From Salinivirgaceae bacterium (GTDB lineage Bacteria; Bacteroidota; Bacteroidia; Bacteroidales; SZUA-534), in contig JAKSOL010000008.1 in NCBI GenBank assembly GCA_024405635.1, forward strand, positions 61,112 to 125,111: a stretch of DNA of 64,000 bases, written 5' to 3'. Position numbers and translations under genes: made by a program. The notes under the pieces are model-generated. The model worked only from the letters and a program-made list of their open reading frames with translations. It was not told where the DNA came from and did no database searches. Of the stretch, positions 20,931-29,670 are shown piece by piece (within the stretch, counting starts at the first letter, position 1; the number at the start of each line of letters is the position of its first letter).

Positions 20931-21084
20931 CTATTCTGCCGCGAGTTGCTAAAAAAGTGATTTCGTGGCAGAATAGCGCATGGTTATCTTGCCGCGAAAC
21001 GTGCAAAATGCGCTTTCGTGGCAGAATAGCGAACGGTTATTTTGCCACGAAACGAAAAAAGAATAACTTTGTGGCAAAATAACG
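20931..21084. repeat. Six alternating inverted copies of a ~17-bp motif (TTTCGTGGCAGAATAGCG) overlapping a sigma-A promoter
   Basis: Reverse copies at 20931, 20983, 21036; forward copies at 20961, 21014, 21068; period about 53 bp; TTTG (21041-21044)-N19-TAACTTTG (21064-21071). Confidence 0.85.
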
Positions 21085-21090
21085 AGAGCT

Positions 21091-21165
21091 ATGGCTAAAA
21101 TACTTGGCAGAAAAAATGAAATTGCAGAACTCAACAACATTTACGAATCTGGCAAACCCGAATTT
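21091..21165 (+). pseudogene. 5' stub of an AAA/archaeal-type ATPase gene, cut just before Walker A
   Basis: MAKILGRKNEIAELNNIYESGKPEF resembles the xIGRxxExxxL...EF-(VAVYGRRRVGKT) start of Bacteroidales ATP-binding proteins; the frame then runs into the DUF2971 3' end and stops. Confidence 0.7.
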
Positions 21166-21943
21166 AGCTGCGTGACACCCTCTCTGCCTGTAACCTAAAT
21201 GCATCTGCATCTACACGCATTTGATAAAGCTTGATGTGAGGGTTCAATTCCTTAGTAGCGAATCTGATTATTTGTTGTTTCTTTTGCTCGTCTATATTGA
21301 TACCGAAATATATTGACTCAAAGCATTCCCCTTTCAACGGCATATAACGGTGCATTTCACGCCAATCCCATGTTTCTTTTGGATGTTTTGCCTGTGCGGG
21401 AGTCAATGCTGCATACATTCCACTAGGGCGTGGCATCACAAGCCTTACCTCCTGCTCGTACTCCCATTCCTTTGCCTTTGTTTTCCATTGGTATTTGAAT
21501 AGTTCTGGTGCATCGTAATATCCGTCTGGACGTTCAATTATGCTCCTATACTGAACATCAATGACAAGAGGTTTTGTGTAAATCACGCCAAACATTGGAG
21601 GAACAGATTCCATCACCTTATCTATGTCAAGACCTATACAGACACCTTTGTGATTGTAGCAATAATGAGCCCACATGAGAAGCGAATCATTCACTTTCGA
21701 CAGACTGCACAGCCATGTATCATTTCGCAAATTAAGAGCATCGTTTTCTCCTTTTTTCCTCATCCATTCTTCAGGTATCCATCCATGCAACTGAGATTCT
21801 GGCACATTTGAAAAGTCAAGCAATTTAGGATGACAATCAAAAGGGTCGTTCAATTGTGACGCATTTGTGAACTGGAGGGTTTTGTTCACTATCATACACA
21901 TTGCGCCATCTATATCCAAATATTTATAAAGTATGCGAGACAT
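21164..21943 (-). CDS. DUF2971 domain protein
   Basis: LYKY, NDPFD, CSLS....SLLMWAHY...HKGVCIG, K..EWEYEQEVR; ATG directly follows the hsdS stop. Confidence 0.85.
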   Translation of the reverse strand: MSRILYKYLDIDGAMCMIVNKTLQFTNASQLNDPFDCHPKLLDFSNVPESQLHGWIPEEWMRKKGENDALNLRNDTWLCSLSKVNDSLLMWAHYCYNHKGVCIGLDIDKVMESVPPMFGVIYTKPLVIDVQYRSIIERPDGYYDAPELFKYQWKTKAKEWEYEQEVRLVMPRPSGMYAALTPAQAKHPKETWDWREMHRYMPLKGECFESIYFGINIDEQKKQQIIRFATKELNPHIKLYQMRVDADAFRLQAERVSRS

Positions 21944-23233
21944 TTATTTTATTGATACTTGACCATTCATGAGGAGAGGGAGAAGGAAGTCACGCTGCTG
22001 TTGCAATATAATGTTGTCATTTAGCAATATAGACTGCCTTTTTTGGAATGTATTCATCATCTTAAAGAAAGAATGCAATACGCTATCGTTGGGCATAGCC
22101 AATGGATAGGAAAGGAATCCTTTTGTGTCAAGGTGCTTAATACTTGTACCAGATGCAAAACCTGTTATATATTTATTGTACCAATCTTTTTTTGTTTCGT
22201 ATAGTATTACCGAACCTATTTCTTTGTCTACCTCTACTTTAACCAGATCTGTTGTAAACACCGAACTTTCGTCAAAAATGTCAGGAACATATATGGTTTT
22301 GCCTACTATATCGGTTTTGTAGTCGATTTCTGTTTGTTGAGTAGTGCATAGAAGAATATCAAATGGTGCAAGGAAATCCGAATCCTTAACGTCACCATTG
22401 AAATGTTTAATGCTATTGACCTTGTATGTTGAATCTGGCGCAAAAGAAGCAAGGCTTATCATTGGACGACCACAATCACTTAGGTTGTCCTTGGAATATG
22501 AAATACCCCTTTTCAAAGTAACAACATCTCCAAATCGCTTCACTTTCCACCCTTCTGGAATCTCTCTTTTCAATGTTTCATTCCATACCATCTTGCCGCC
22601 ACTGGATTTGTATGGCTTGCCTTCTGCGTTTGGGAAGTCAAACTGCACAAACCAGTAGTCGTATAGCTGCTTGGCCATGGCCTCTAAATTCCGATTTATC
22701 GCACGATTGAGTGCGATTTTGCGGTCGAGGTTAGAAAGGACTGATGCTATTTGTCTTTGAATGTCTAATGGAGGAAGAGTGACTTCTATTTCATTTAACA
22801 TTACCATTGTAAGTGCCTTTTGCATAGCACCTATTAGAGACATAGCAATTTGCTTTTTAAAGAATGGACTCTGCATAAATAAAGCAAGATATGTAGAGTT
22901 GACCACATCCTTAAAGGACGAAAATCTAATTAAATTTCCATCCTTAAAGTAAAATTCTCTATCTGTGTCTAGAACTACAAGATTTCCTATAGTTCCTACA
23001 GCTGTCATAAGTATATCTCCTTTTTGAGGAACTCCGTATTTGTTTTTTATTTCGATATATCTTTCTCTAGATATGTAACAATCAAAACGAGCATTGGGGT
23101 TAAGAATAGACTTGTCAGATACTTCTTGCCCTCTAATAAAAGGTATACCCTCTAGTACATATTCATTTTCATATATTCTCTTTGCCGAGGAAAGTTTACA
23201 TATCTCTCCTAACTTACACACCTTCAATTCCAT
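21944..23233 (-). CDS. hsdS: Type I R-M specificity subunit
   Basis: Two TRDs separated by LPPLDIQRQIASVLSNLDRKIALN...YDYWFVQFDFP...YKSSGGKM..REIPEGW; C-terminal RDFLLPLLMNGQV. Confidence 0.93.
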   Translation of the reverse strand: MELKVCKLGEICKLSSAKRIYENEYVLEGIPFIRGQEVSDKSILNPNARFDCYISRERYIEIKNKYGVPQKGDILMTAVGTIGNLVVLDTDREFYFKDGNLIRFSSFKDVVNSTYLALFMQSPFFKKQIAMSLIGAMQKALTMVMLNEIEVTLPPLDIQRQIASVLSNLDRKIALNRAINRNLEAMAKQLYDYWFVQFDFPNAEGKPYKSSGGKMVWNETLKREIPEGWKVKRFGDVVTLKRGISYSKDNLSDCGRPMISLASFAPDSTYKVNSIKHFNGDVKDSDFLAPFDILLCTTQQTEIDYKTDIVGKTIYVPDIFDESSVFTTDLVKVEVDKEIGSVILYETKKDWYNKYITGFASGTSIKHLDTKGFLSYPLAMPNDSVLHSFFKMMNTFQKRQSILLNDNIILQQQRDFLLPLLMNGQVSIK

Positions 23234-23254
23234 ACTTTTTGTTTATAGTTTGAA

Positions 23255-23292
23255 CTGGTCGCAAATTGCGACCGGTCACAATTTGTGACCAG
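23255..23292. repeat. Nested double palindrome between rhuM and hsdS
   Basis: CT-GGTCGCAAATTGCGACC-GGTCACAATTTGTGACC-AG: two 17-bp palindromes that together form a 38-bp near-palindrome. Confidence 0.85.
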
Positions 23293-23305
23293 CTGCACAC
23301 CTTTA

Positions 23306-24307
23306 TTATTTGCCTAACAAGTCTCTTGTTTGTTTGTCAAAGTCAGAATCGATACGTTGCGTTTTGTTGAATATGTCGTATTCTCTTTCTGCCTTCTCTT
23401 TGGCTTGTGTCGCCGAGATGTGGCCTTTGTCGGGCAGAACCTTATAGTCATTAAACGTCAGGAACTTGTTAACGCTGGCTGCGAACTGCTCCATGGTGAA
23501 GGCGTTATGACGCTCTATCTGGTTCTCTATATAGTCGAAATACGATGTTACAGCACGTTCCAGCTGCTTGATTTCATTTTCTGGGAGGTAGTTCTTGGCT
23601 ACTGACACATCAGATTTCAAAATACGCCCATCTGGTGCGTTCTTCCAAGTGGTCAGTCCCATGTGATCTTTTGTGTGATCGGCATTTTTATAGACAATCT
23701 CCGCGGCCGTCTGTCCAGTTATAGCATAATGGAATCGATTCTGAATCATGGCATAAAAGTCTTTAGTCGTCGGCGCATTCTTGTCATAGTCCGTGCTACA
23801 TTCGGCGTATATGTCGGTGATCTGTTGCCAAATGCGGCGCTCGCTTGCTCGGATGGAACGAACCCTTTCGAGCAATTCACGGAAGTAGTCAACACCAAAC
23901 ACTGCCGTACCTTGTTTCAGCCTGTCATCGTCAAGCACAAAGCCCTTGCGAATATATTCGTTCAGAATCTTTGTCGCCCATTGGCGGAACTTAGTAGCGC
24001 GAGCAGAGGACACGCGGTAGCCGACAGAAATAATCACATCGAGATTATAAAAATCCACTTCCTCCGTGACTTCACCTCGAATACCTCTGTTTACGACGGT
24101 TGCAATTTTTGCAACTGTCGTGTCTTTCGATAATTCACCCTCTTTGTATATGTTTGCGATGTGCCTGCTTATGCCCGACTTGTCAACTCCAAAGAGTTCA
24201 GCCATAGCCTTTTGCGTGCACCATATAGTTTCGTCCTTAATGACTACTTGTACCTTGCCTTCTTCTTGTGGCAGATTATATAATATAAATTGTATCTCTT
24301 TTGACAT
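23306..24307 (-). CDS. rhuM: RhuM-family protein
   Basis: ETIWCTQKAMAELFGV...ISRHIANIYKEGEL HTH-like; YNLDVIISVGYRV, ATKFRQWAT, GFVLDDDRL, IRASER, MGLTTW. Confidence 0.9.
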   Translation of the reverse strand: MSKEIQFILYNLPQEEGKVQVVIKDETIWCTQKAMAELFGVDKSGISRHIANIYKEGELSKDTTVAKIATVVNRGIRGEVTEEVDFYNLDVIISVGYRVSSARATKFRQWATKILNEYIRKGFVLDDDRLKQGTAVFGVDYFRELLERVRSIRASERRIWQQITDIYAECSTDYDKNAPTTKDFYAMIQNRFHYAITGQTAAEIVYKNADHTKDHMGLTTWKNAPDGRILKSDVSVAKNYLPENEIKQLERAVTSYFDYIENQIERHNAFTMEQFAASVNKFLTFNDYKVLPDKGHISATQAKEKAEREYDIFNKTQRIDSDFDKQTRDLLGK

Positions 24308-24343
24308 TTTGCACTTCGTTTTGGAGCAACTATTAGAACATGC

Positions 24344-26002
24344 TTACTTCTCGAACTTCAGACTGTTCAACTGCTTCATGATTTCGTCACCTAGACGCTG
24401 GCTTTCAGCAAGCTGCTCTGCAAATGTGTTCTTGAAGGCAGTCATGCGACTGTTGAACTCGTCCTCTGTTATGTCCTGGTATTCAATCTTGACATCGAAA
24501 TACTGACCAGCAGAAAGACTGTATTTTTTCTCCTTGATCTCATCGAACGAAGCAAGTACAGAAAAGTCTTCGACGGCTTCCTGTTTGCGGAACGTGTCAA
24601 CAATCAGGTTGATGTCGTCGGCCGACAGTCTGTGACGCTGATTGTTGCCATCCTTGTAGTCCTCGCCAAGTTTAGACGCATCGATGAGAATAACCTTGTC
24701 GTGTTTTGCTCGCTTGTCGAAGAAGAGCACAGATACGTTTGTGCCAGTTGTGGCGAATACATTGGAAGGCATGGAGACGCAACCAAAGATGATGTGATCG
24801 TCGACAATATGCTTGAGAATCTTCTGCTCGATGGACTGCGAAGCAGTGATGAAGCCAGTAGGCACAACGATAGCTCCACGTCCGTTGGCTTTGAGCGAAT
24901 ATAGCATGTGTTGAATGAAGCAAAGAAAAATCTTCATCGACGGCTTGTCTGGATTGATTTCCTTTGGAGCATTAGGAACGCCTGCCCAGAAGCGTAGTTT
25001 GTCGGCTGCTATCTTGTCTCGTTCGTCGGGGAAATCGAGCTTGAACGGAGGATTGCTGATGATGAAGTCGAACTTCTTAGGTGTGCCGTCTGGTTCGCGG
25101 TGGGCAGGATTGAGAAGCGTGTTGCCCTGCACGATGTTCTGGATAGATGGTACAAGATTGTTGAGGATGAGATTGAGTCGGAGCATGGCTGACGACTTCT
25201 GGCTTATATCCTGACTGTAGATGGAGCATCGTTCCTCGCCAATCTGATGCGCAAGCGCCATAAGAAGAGTTCCCGAACCTGCCGACGGGTCGTAACAAGA
25301 TACAGATCGGAGGTCTTCATCATCGCCCACAAGCATACGCGCCATGATGGCGGCAATGGATTTTGGAGTGTAGTATTCGGCATACTTACCGCCTCCGTCC
25401 TTGTTGTAGTCCTTTATAAGGTACTCGAACATAGTAGAGAAGAAGTCGTACTTCTGCTCAAATATAGCCTCGAAATTATTCTTAGGGTCAGCTAGATACT
25501 TCACAAGCGAAGCTGCAAACTCGTCAGACTCGGCCTTGTCTGGAATGAGACGTGATATAGGTTCGAAGATGCGAATCTTGTTGTTGCTGACAGTGGCCAT
25601 GGAGAAGATGTCCTCGTTGATGGTGGCAATCTCAACCATGGTGCCATCGAGCAAGTCGCCAAAGCTGGCCTGCTGCTGGGCATTGAAAAGATGTGCGAGA
25701 GTGTGACGAGGGAGCAGACGAGGAGTGCCTGACGGTAGGTAGTCGAAAAGGTCCTGCGCGTCGTCCTCAGAAAAGGTGTCATACTCGGCATCCCATTTGT
25801 CAGCCTTGCGCAAACGCTCTGCAAGCGGATGGTTGATTTTCTTGACCTCGTAGCCGAATTTGTCGTTGAAATATTTATACAAGAACATCTGGACGATGAT
25901 TTTATACTCCGAACCATCGTTGCCCAGACCTTTTGATCCGCAAGCTTGCTTGAGCGAGTCAATAAGTCGCTTTGTGGACTGTTCTACTTCTATATTTTCC
26001 AT
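24344..26002 (-). CDS. hsdM: Type I R-M N6-adenine methyltransferase subunit
   Basis: AEYYTP, YDPSAGSGTLL, NPPF, GRGAIVVP. Confidence 0.95.
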   Translation of the reverse strand: MENIEVEQSTKRLIDSLKQACGSKGLGNDGSEYKIIVQMFLYKYFNDKFGYEVKKINHPLAERLRKADKWDAEYDTFSEDDAQDLFDYLPSGTPRLLPRHTLAHLFNAQQQASFGDLLDGTMVEIATINEDIFSMATVSNNKIRIFEPISRLIPDKAESDEFAASLVKYLADPKNNFEAIFEQKYDFFSTMFEYLIKDYNKDGGGKYAEYYTPKSIAAIMARMLVGDDEDLRSVSCYDPSAGSGTLLMALAHQIGEERCSIYSQDISQKSSAMLRLNLILNNLVPSIQNIVQGNTLLNPAHREPDGTPKKFDFIISNPPFKLDFPDERDKIAADKLRFWAGVPNAPKEINPDKPSMKIFLCFIQHMLYSLKANGRGAIVVPTGFITASQSIEQKILKHIVDDHIIFGCVSMPSNVFATTGTNVSVLFFDKRAKHDKVILIDASKLGEDYKDGNNQRHRLSADDINLIVDTFRKQEAVEDFSVLASFDEIKEKKYSLSAGQYFDVKIEYQDITEDEFNSRMTAFKNTFAEQLAESQRLGDEIMKQLNSLKFEK

Positions 26003-26011
26003 GTGATATTG

Positions 26012-29000
26012 TTATGCGATGTATGTATTGAGATATTCTTGCGCAATCTGGTTGCGGATGAAAAGACGGTCGTTGCGGTCGGCCTGTATGTTCATTTCCA
26101 TGAGCTTAGAGCTGACGGCACGCATGATGTCTTGCGTAAAGACAGGCTCGTTCTGAAGGACTTGAACATTGTAGTAAATCTGGTCGTCCACCATGAGCTT
26201 GATCTGGTAAAGGTTGTCGCAGATGATGCGCTCCTTGTCGGATATTATGTGACGCTGCGGCGGCACCTGACGACGTGCGTTTTCTTCAGTGAGTCGCTTG
26301 TGTATGCGGACAAACTTCTCGTCGTCATTGTACTTGGCCTTCAGCTGGGTATTGCGGCGATTGATTTCTCGAATCTTTGCCATGACGGAGTCCATGTAGT
26401 CGATGTCCTCCTTGGCCTCGGCAACGTCGTGAGGGACGAAGCCTCGTTTGCGGAAGAACGAGCGGAACTCGTCGGCAAGGTTGACAAACTTCTCCTCTGT
26501 CTGGTCGAAATTGATGCTGAACTGTCCCTGCACCTTCTCGTAACGTTCGCGAAGATCGTTGATGCAAACCTGTAGCTCTTCCTCGCCCTTCTTCTGGAAC
26601 TTAAAGTCGAGTTCGGCAATGGCTTCATTGATGATGCCCGACACTTCGTCTCTATGGCTGTTGCCTTCGAGCATATTAAGTCGGTCTATGCGATGGTTGA
26701 CCTCAGAAGCCAGAGCGGAGATGTCGCCAGGCTTGAGCTCAGAGACCATCTGCTTCATGTCGTCGTCACCATAAGAACGTATGTTGTTGATGAGAGCCTT
26801 TGCATTATCGAGAGCCTTGCGAAGAACGTAGAGCTGGTCTTTGTGCTCAGAGTCAATCTCATCGAGTTCCTGACGGAAAACCTCCTTGTTGGTCGTAGTG
26901 AAGTTCCAGAGGACATCCTTGATCTCTGAAATCTGCTGCTCTATCTCCTCGGCAGAGTACATAAGTGCATTGCCGACACCTGTATTCTCGTCATCTGGCA
27001 AATCGAGGCCCTCTGTCGTGCGGTTGAGCTCACGAAGATACATATTGTTTGTCTCGATGAAGTTCTGCTTGATGTTGGCGAAATCTACTATGTAGCCAAA
27101 CTTGAAGTGCATGAACGGACGGTTGACACGAGTCAGAGCCTGCAAAAGATCGTGTCCGTCGAGCTTGCGACACAGATACAGCTTTTTGAGTCGTGGAGCA
27201 TCGAAACCAGTAAGGAGCATTTTGTTGACAATGAGGAAATCAACTGATTCCTTTTTCTTAAACTCAGCGATAGAGCCCTTACGTTCGGACTTGTCGCCCT
27301 CGTCATGAAGGATAAGATAAGCCTTCATTGGCTTAGCGTCCTGCTCGAAATACTTGTTGAAAAGTTCGAAAAGTTTTCGTGCCTGAGGGTTCGTCTCACA
27401 AACAATCATGCCCGCCATCTGCTTGCAGTCTTGCTGAATGCGAGACTTGCGTAGGTCGGCAACAATGTATTCAATGATGGCATTGAGATAGTTCTCTGAC
27501 TCAACAATCTTACTGCGGTCGATGTCTGATTTCTTGACCTCAACATTGCCCGTAAGCTGTTTCAGGATGTTCTCAATCTTTTCTTTGTACTGAGTTTCTA
27601 TGTCTTCACGGATGAGCTTTAGCGTATATCCGTCGGCAATAGATTTGTCATAATAGTAAGTGTCGATATAATCACCGAACACCTTCCACGAAGCACGTTC
27701 ACCAGCAATTAGCGGAGTGCCAGTAAGAGCTATCTTGATAGCGTCTTTGTCGGCATCGAGCAGGTTAGCAAGGAAAGAGCCTGTAGGATTGTAGCCACGG
27801 TGTGCTTCATCGATGAAGAATACACGCTGAAGTTTTGTGCTATATTGGCTTTCAATAACCACCTTGTTGTGGTCTTCTGCAAACTTCTGTATGTTTACAA
27901 CCGTTATTTCTCGTTTGCCCTCTTTGTTGTGAGTTACAACAGGATCTTTGATGTCGTCCATGAGAGTCTGGCGCGAGTCGCACGACCGAGGAAGAAGACC
28001 TCGTTTGTCGAACTCGCCAATTGCTTGCTCCATAAGGTCGAGACGATCGACAATGAAGTAGAACTTGACAGGTATATTCTTTGCTGCGAAATAATCGGTA
28101 AGCGAATTGACATTGTAGTAAGTCAGGGCTGTCTTTCCAGAGCCTTGCGTATGCCAAATGATGCCTGACTTTATGTTGTTGTCGAGTTTGCGACGGATTG
28201 CATACGAAGCAAACAGCTGCTGATAACGCATGATATGCTTCTGAAGCTCGTAATGTTCGACACCTGCATCGTCTTGCTTCTTTTCATCGACATAAGCGAA
28301 AGCATATTGGAGGATGAAAAGAAGGCGGTCACGACTGAGCATAGAAGTGATTATGCGGTTAGTCGGAGTGTCAGGCTGCTTGTTGGTCTGATACTCTGGC
28401 AACTCCTTGATAGGAATACAGTTGCGATGAGTAAGGATAGCCTTTTCAACTTCTTCTGGAATGCTTGGGTTGTAGCCGCATTGGTCGAGGATATGTTTGT
28501 CGGCTTCGCGGAATACGTTGTAAAAGGCTTTCTTCTTACTCGAAGAAGCATAGAAAGCGCCACTGACAGGGACAATGTTCTCGTTGTCGTACTCCTGGTT
28601 GTTGGAGAAGATCATCAACTGCGTTACATTGAAGAACGTGCGGAAAGCTTTGTTTTGGAAACGTTTGTTACTGCGGTCGCGCTCGGCCAGAATGCCCTCG
28701 TGATTATTGGGGATTTTGACCTCGATGAAGGCAACAGGAATGCCATTGACGAAGCATGTTATGTCAGGGCGAAACTCGTCCGTCGTGTCCTCGTTGCGAC
28801 ATGTAAACTCAGTGGTGCAGTGCCAGACATTGTTGGAAGCGTCATCGAAGTCAATGAGACGAAGACCAGATTTTTTGCTAGTCAGTTTCTTGTAGAACTC
28901 TCGGCCAAGGTCGTCATTAGAGCTACAACTAATAAGGTCATTGATTATGTTTTTGGCCTCCTTGGTCTCTATGCCTGGATTGAGACGAAGAATAGAGTCC

Positions 29001-29140
29001 AGCAATACACCTGTAAGAATGTTAGTCTTATGGTCGTATGTGTCTTCCTGGATGTGTGAAAGATATGTATATCCTAAACGGCAGAGGTGAACAGCCGCTG
29101 GCACTTGAACTCTGGTATTTTCGTTATGGTTTCTAGACAT
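26012..29140 (-). CDS. hsdR: Type I R-M restriction subunit
   Basis: RPD...FIEVK nuclease motif, HTQGSGKT, DEAHR, LTGTP, MLLTGFDAP, QALTRVNR; ATG at 29140. Confidence 0.95.
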   Translation of the reverse strand: MSRNHNENTRVQVPAAVHLCRLGYTYLSHIQEDTYDHKTNILTGVLLDSILRLNPGIETKEAKNIINDLISCSSNDDLGREFYKKLTSKKSGLRLIDFDDASNNVWHCTTEFTCRNEDTTDEFRPDITCFVNGIPVAFIEVKIPNNHEGILAERDRSNKRFQNKAFRTFFNVTQLMIFSNNQEYDNENIVPVSGAFYASSSKKKAFYNVFREADKHILDQCGYNPSIPEEVEKAILTHRNCIPIKELPEYQTNKQPDTPTNRIITSMLSRDRLLFILQYAFAYVDEKKQDDAGVEHYELQKHIMRYQQLFASYAIRRKLDNNIKSGIIWHTQGSGKTALTYYNVNSLTDYFAAKNIPVKFYFIVDRLDLMEQAIGEFDKRGLLPRSCDSRQTLMDDIKDPVVTHNKEGKREITVVNIQKFAEDHNKVVIESQYSTKLQRVFFIDEAHRGYNPTGSFLANLLDADKDAIKIALTGTPLIAGERASWKVFGDYIDTYYYDKSIADGYTLKLIREDIETQYKEKIENILKQLTGNVEVKKSDIDRSKIVESENYLNAIIEYIVADLRKSRIQQDCKQMAGMIVCETNPQARKLFELFNKYFEQDAKPMKAYLILHDEGDKSERKGSIAEFKKKESVDFLIVNKMLLTGFDAPRLKKLYLCRKLDGHDLLQALTRVNRPFMHFKFGYIVDFANIKQNFIETNNMYLRELNRTTEGLDLPDDENTGVGNALMYSAEEIEQQISEIKDVLWNFTTTNKEVFRQELDEIDSEHKDQLYVLRKALDNAKALINNIRSYGDDDMKQMVSELKPGDISALASEVNHRIDRLNMLEGNSHRDEVSGIINEAIAELDFKFQKKGEEELQVCINDLRERYEKVQGQFSINFDQTEEKFVNLADEFRSFFRKRGFVPHDVAEAKEDIDYMDSVMAKIREINRRNTQLKAKYNDDEKFVRIHKRLTEENARRQVPPQRHIISDKERIICDNLYQIKLMVDDQIYYNVQVLQNEPVFTQDIMRAVSSKLMEMNIQADRNDRLFIRNQIAQEYLNTYIA

Positions 29141-29146
29141 AGCCAA

Positions 29147-29280
29147 GTAGTATTTGTTGTTTTACAATACTGGCATCGATGGGGAGAATGCGTAATGCAC
29201 TCCGACCATGCGTGAGTCTAATTTCCGTTTTCTACTTCCTGTTAGTCCACAATATGCCAATATAAATTGCGGCAAAACTA
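29147..29280 (-). promoter_or_regulatory. hsdR promoter (-7 TAGTTTTG at 29280-29273) and structured ~120-nt 5' leader
   Basis: Closing stem UAUUGGCAU/AUGCCAGUA (29262-29254 with 29176-29168); internal AUGG-GGAG-UGC...GCA-CUCC-CCAU hairpin. Confidence 0.5.
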
Positions 29281-29369
29281 GTGATAATTTGCGACATGTT
29301 AGTTATTTTATGGACTCGTTAACACTTTGAGGATGGGGAAATATAATACAAGCAGGACGCTGCACTGGG

Positions 29370-29626
29370 TTTGGGGCGTTTTATTTTGCACTGTTATTAA
29401 CAACGTGTCAGCATACACAAAAAAATATTCGTCGATTTCAGCTGCCTCTGGCACATCAACTTTTTCTAAAGTAAACTACTCAATTGGCGGCATGTTTTTT
29501 TTCGGTTAAGAATACTTGCTCGGGGGCATTTGGAAATTCGTAACCTTTGTTGTTTTGGCATGCGGTTGCGAACAAAAAAAGGCAAAAGACAATAGCCAAA
29601 GAAGTGAAATAATTAAATAATTTCAT
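29370..29626 (-). pseudogene. Truncated beta-propeller lipoprotein paralog with a frameshift and an amber stop
   Basis: MKLFNYFTSLAIVFCLFLFATAC lipobox; A8 run at 29495-29502 shifts the frame; then MPPIE*FTLEKVDVP...EYFFVYADTLLITVQNKTPQ aligns with EPAVEYFTLKKIDLP...EYFVYNDSIAIIVNSKNPQ of 31212-32333. Confidence 0.8.
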
Positions 29627-29638
29627 GGTATTATTGTT

Positions 29639-29661
29639 AAAAAAAGGGAAGATTCCTCCCC
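29639..29661 (-). terminator. Small terminator-like hairpin after the peptide gene
   Basis: Minus strand GGGGAG-GAAT-CTTCCC followed by T7. Confidence 0.55.
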
Positions 29662-29670
29662 TAATAGATA

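Larger units (their letters stand above)
21164..29370 (-). mobile_element. Horizontally acquired type I R-M defence cassette with no integrase or transposase (boundaries approximate)
   Basis: hsdR/hsdM are visibly GC-richer than the flanks; a truncated gene sits at each edge. Confidence 0.6.

Noticed and set aside
20931-21084. CRISPR array
   Set aside because: Repeats are ~17 bp, alternate in orientation, are separated by only about 4-16 bp, and no cas genes are present.
21944-23292. hsdS shufflon (invertible specificity locus)
   Set aside because: Only one hsdS, no silent TRD copies, and no tyrosine or serine recombinase in the window.
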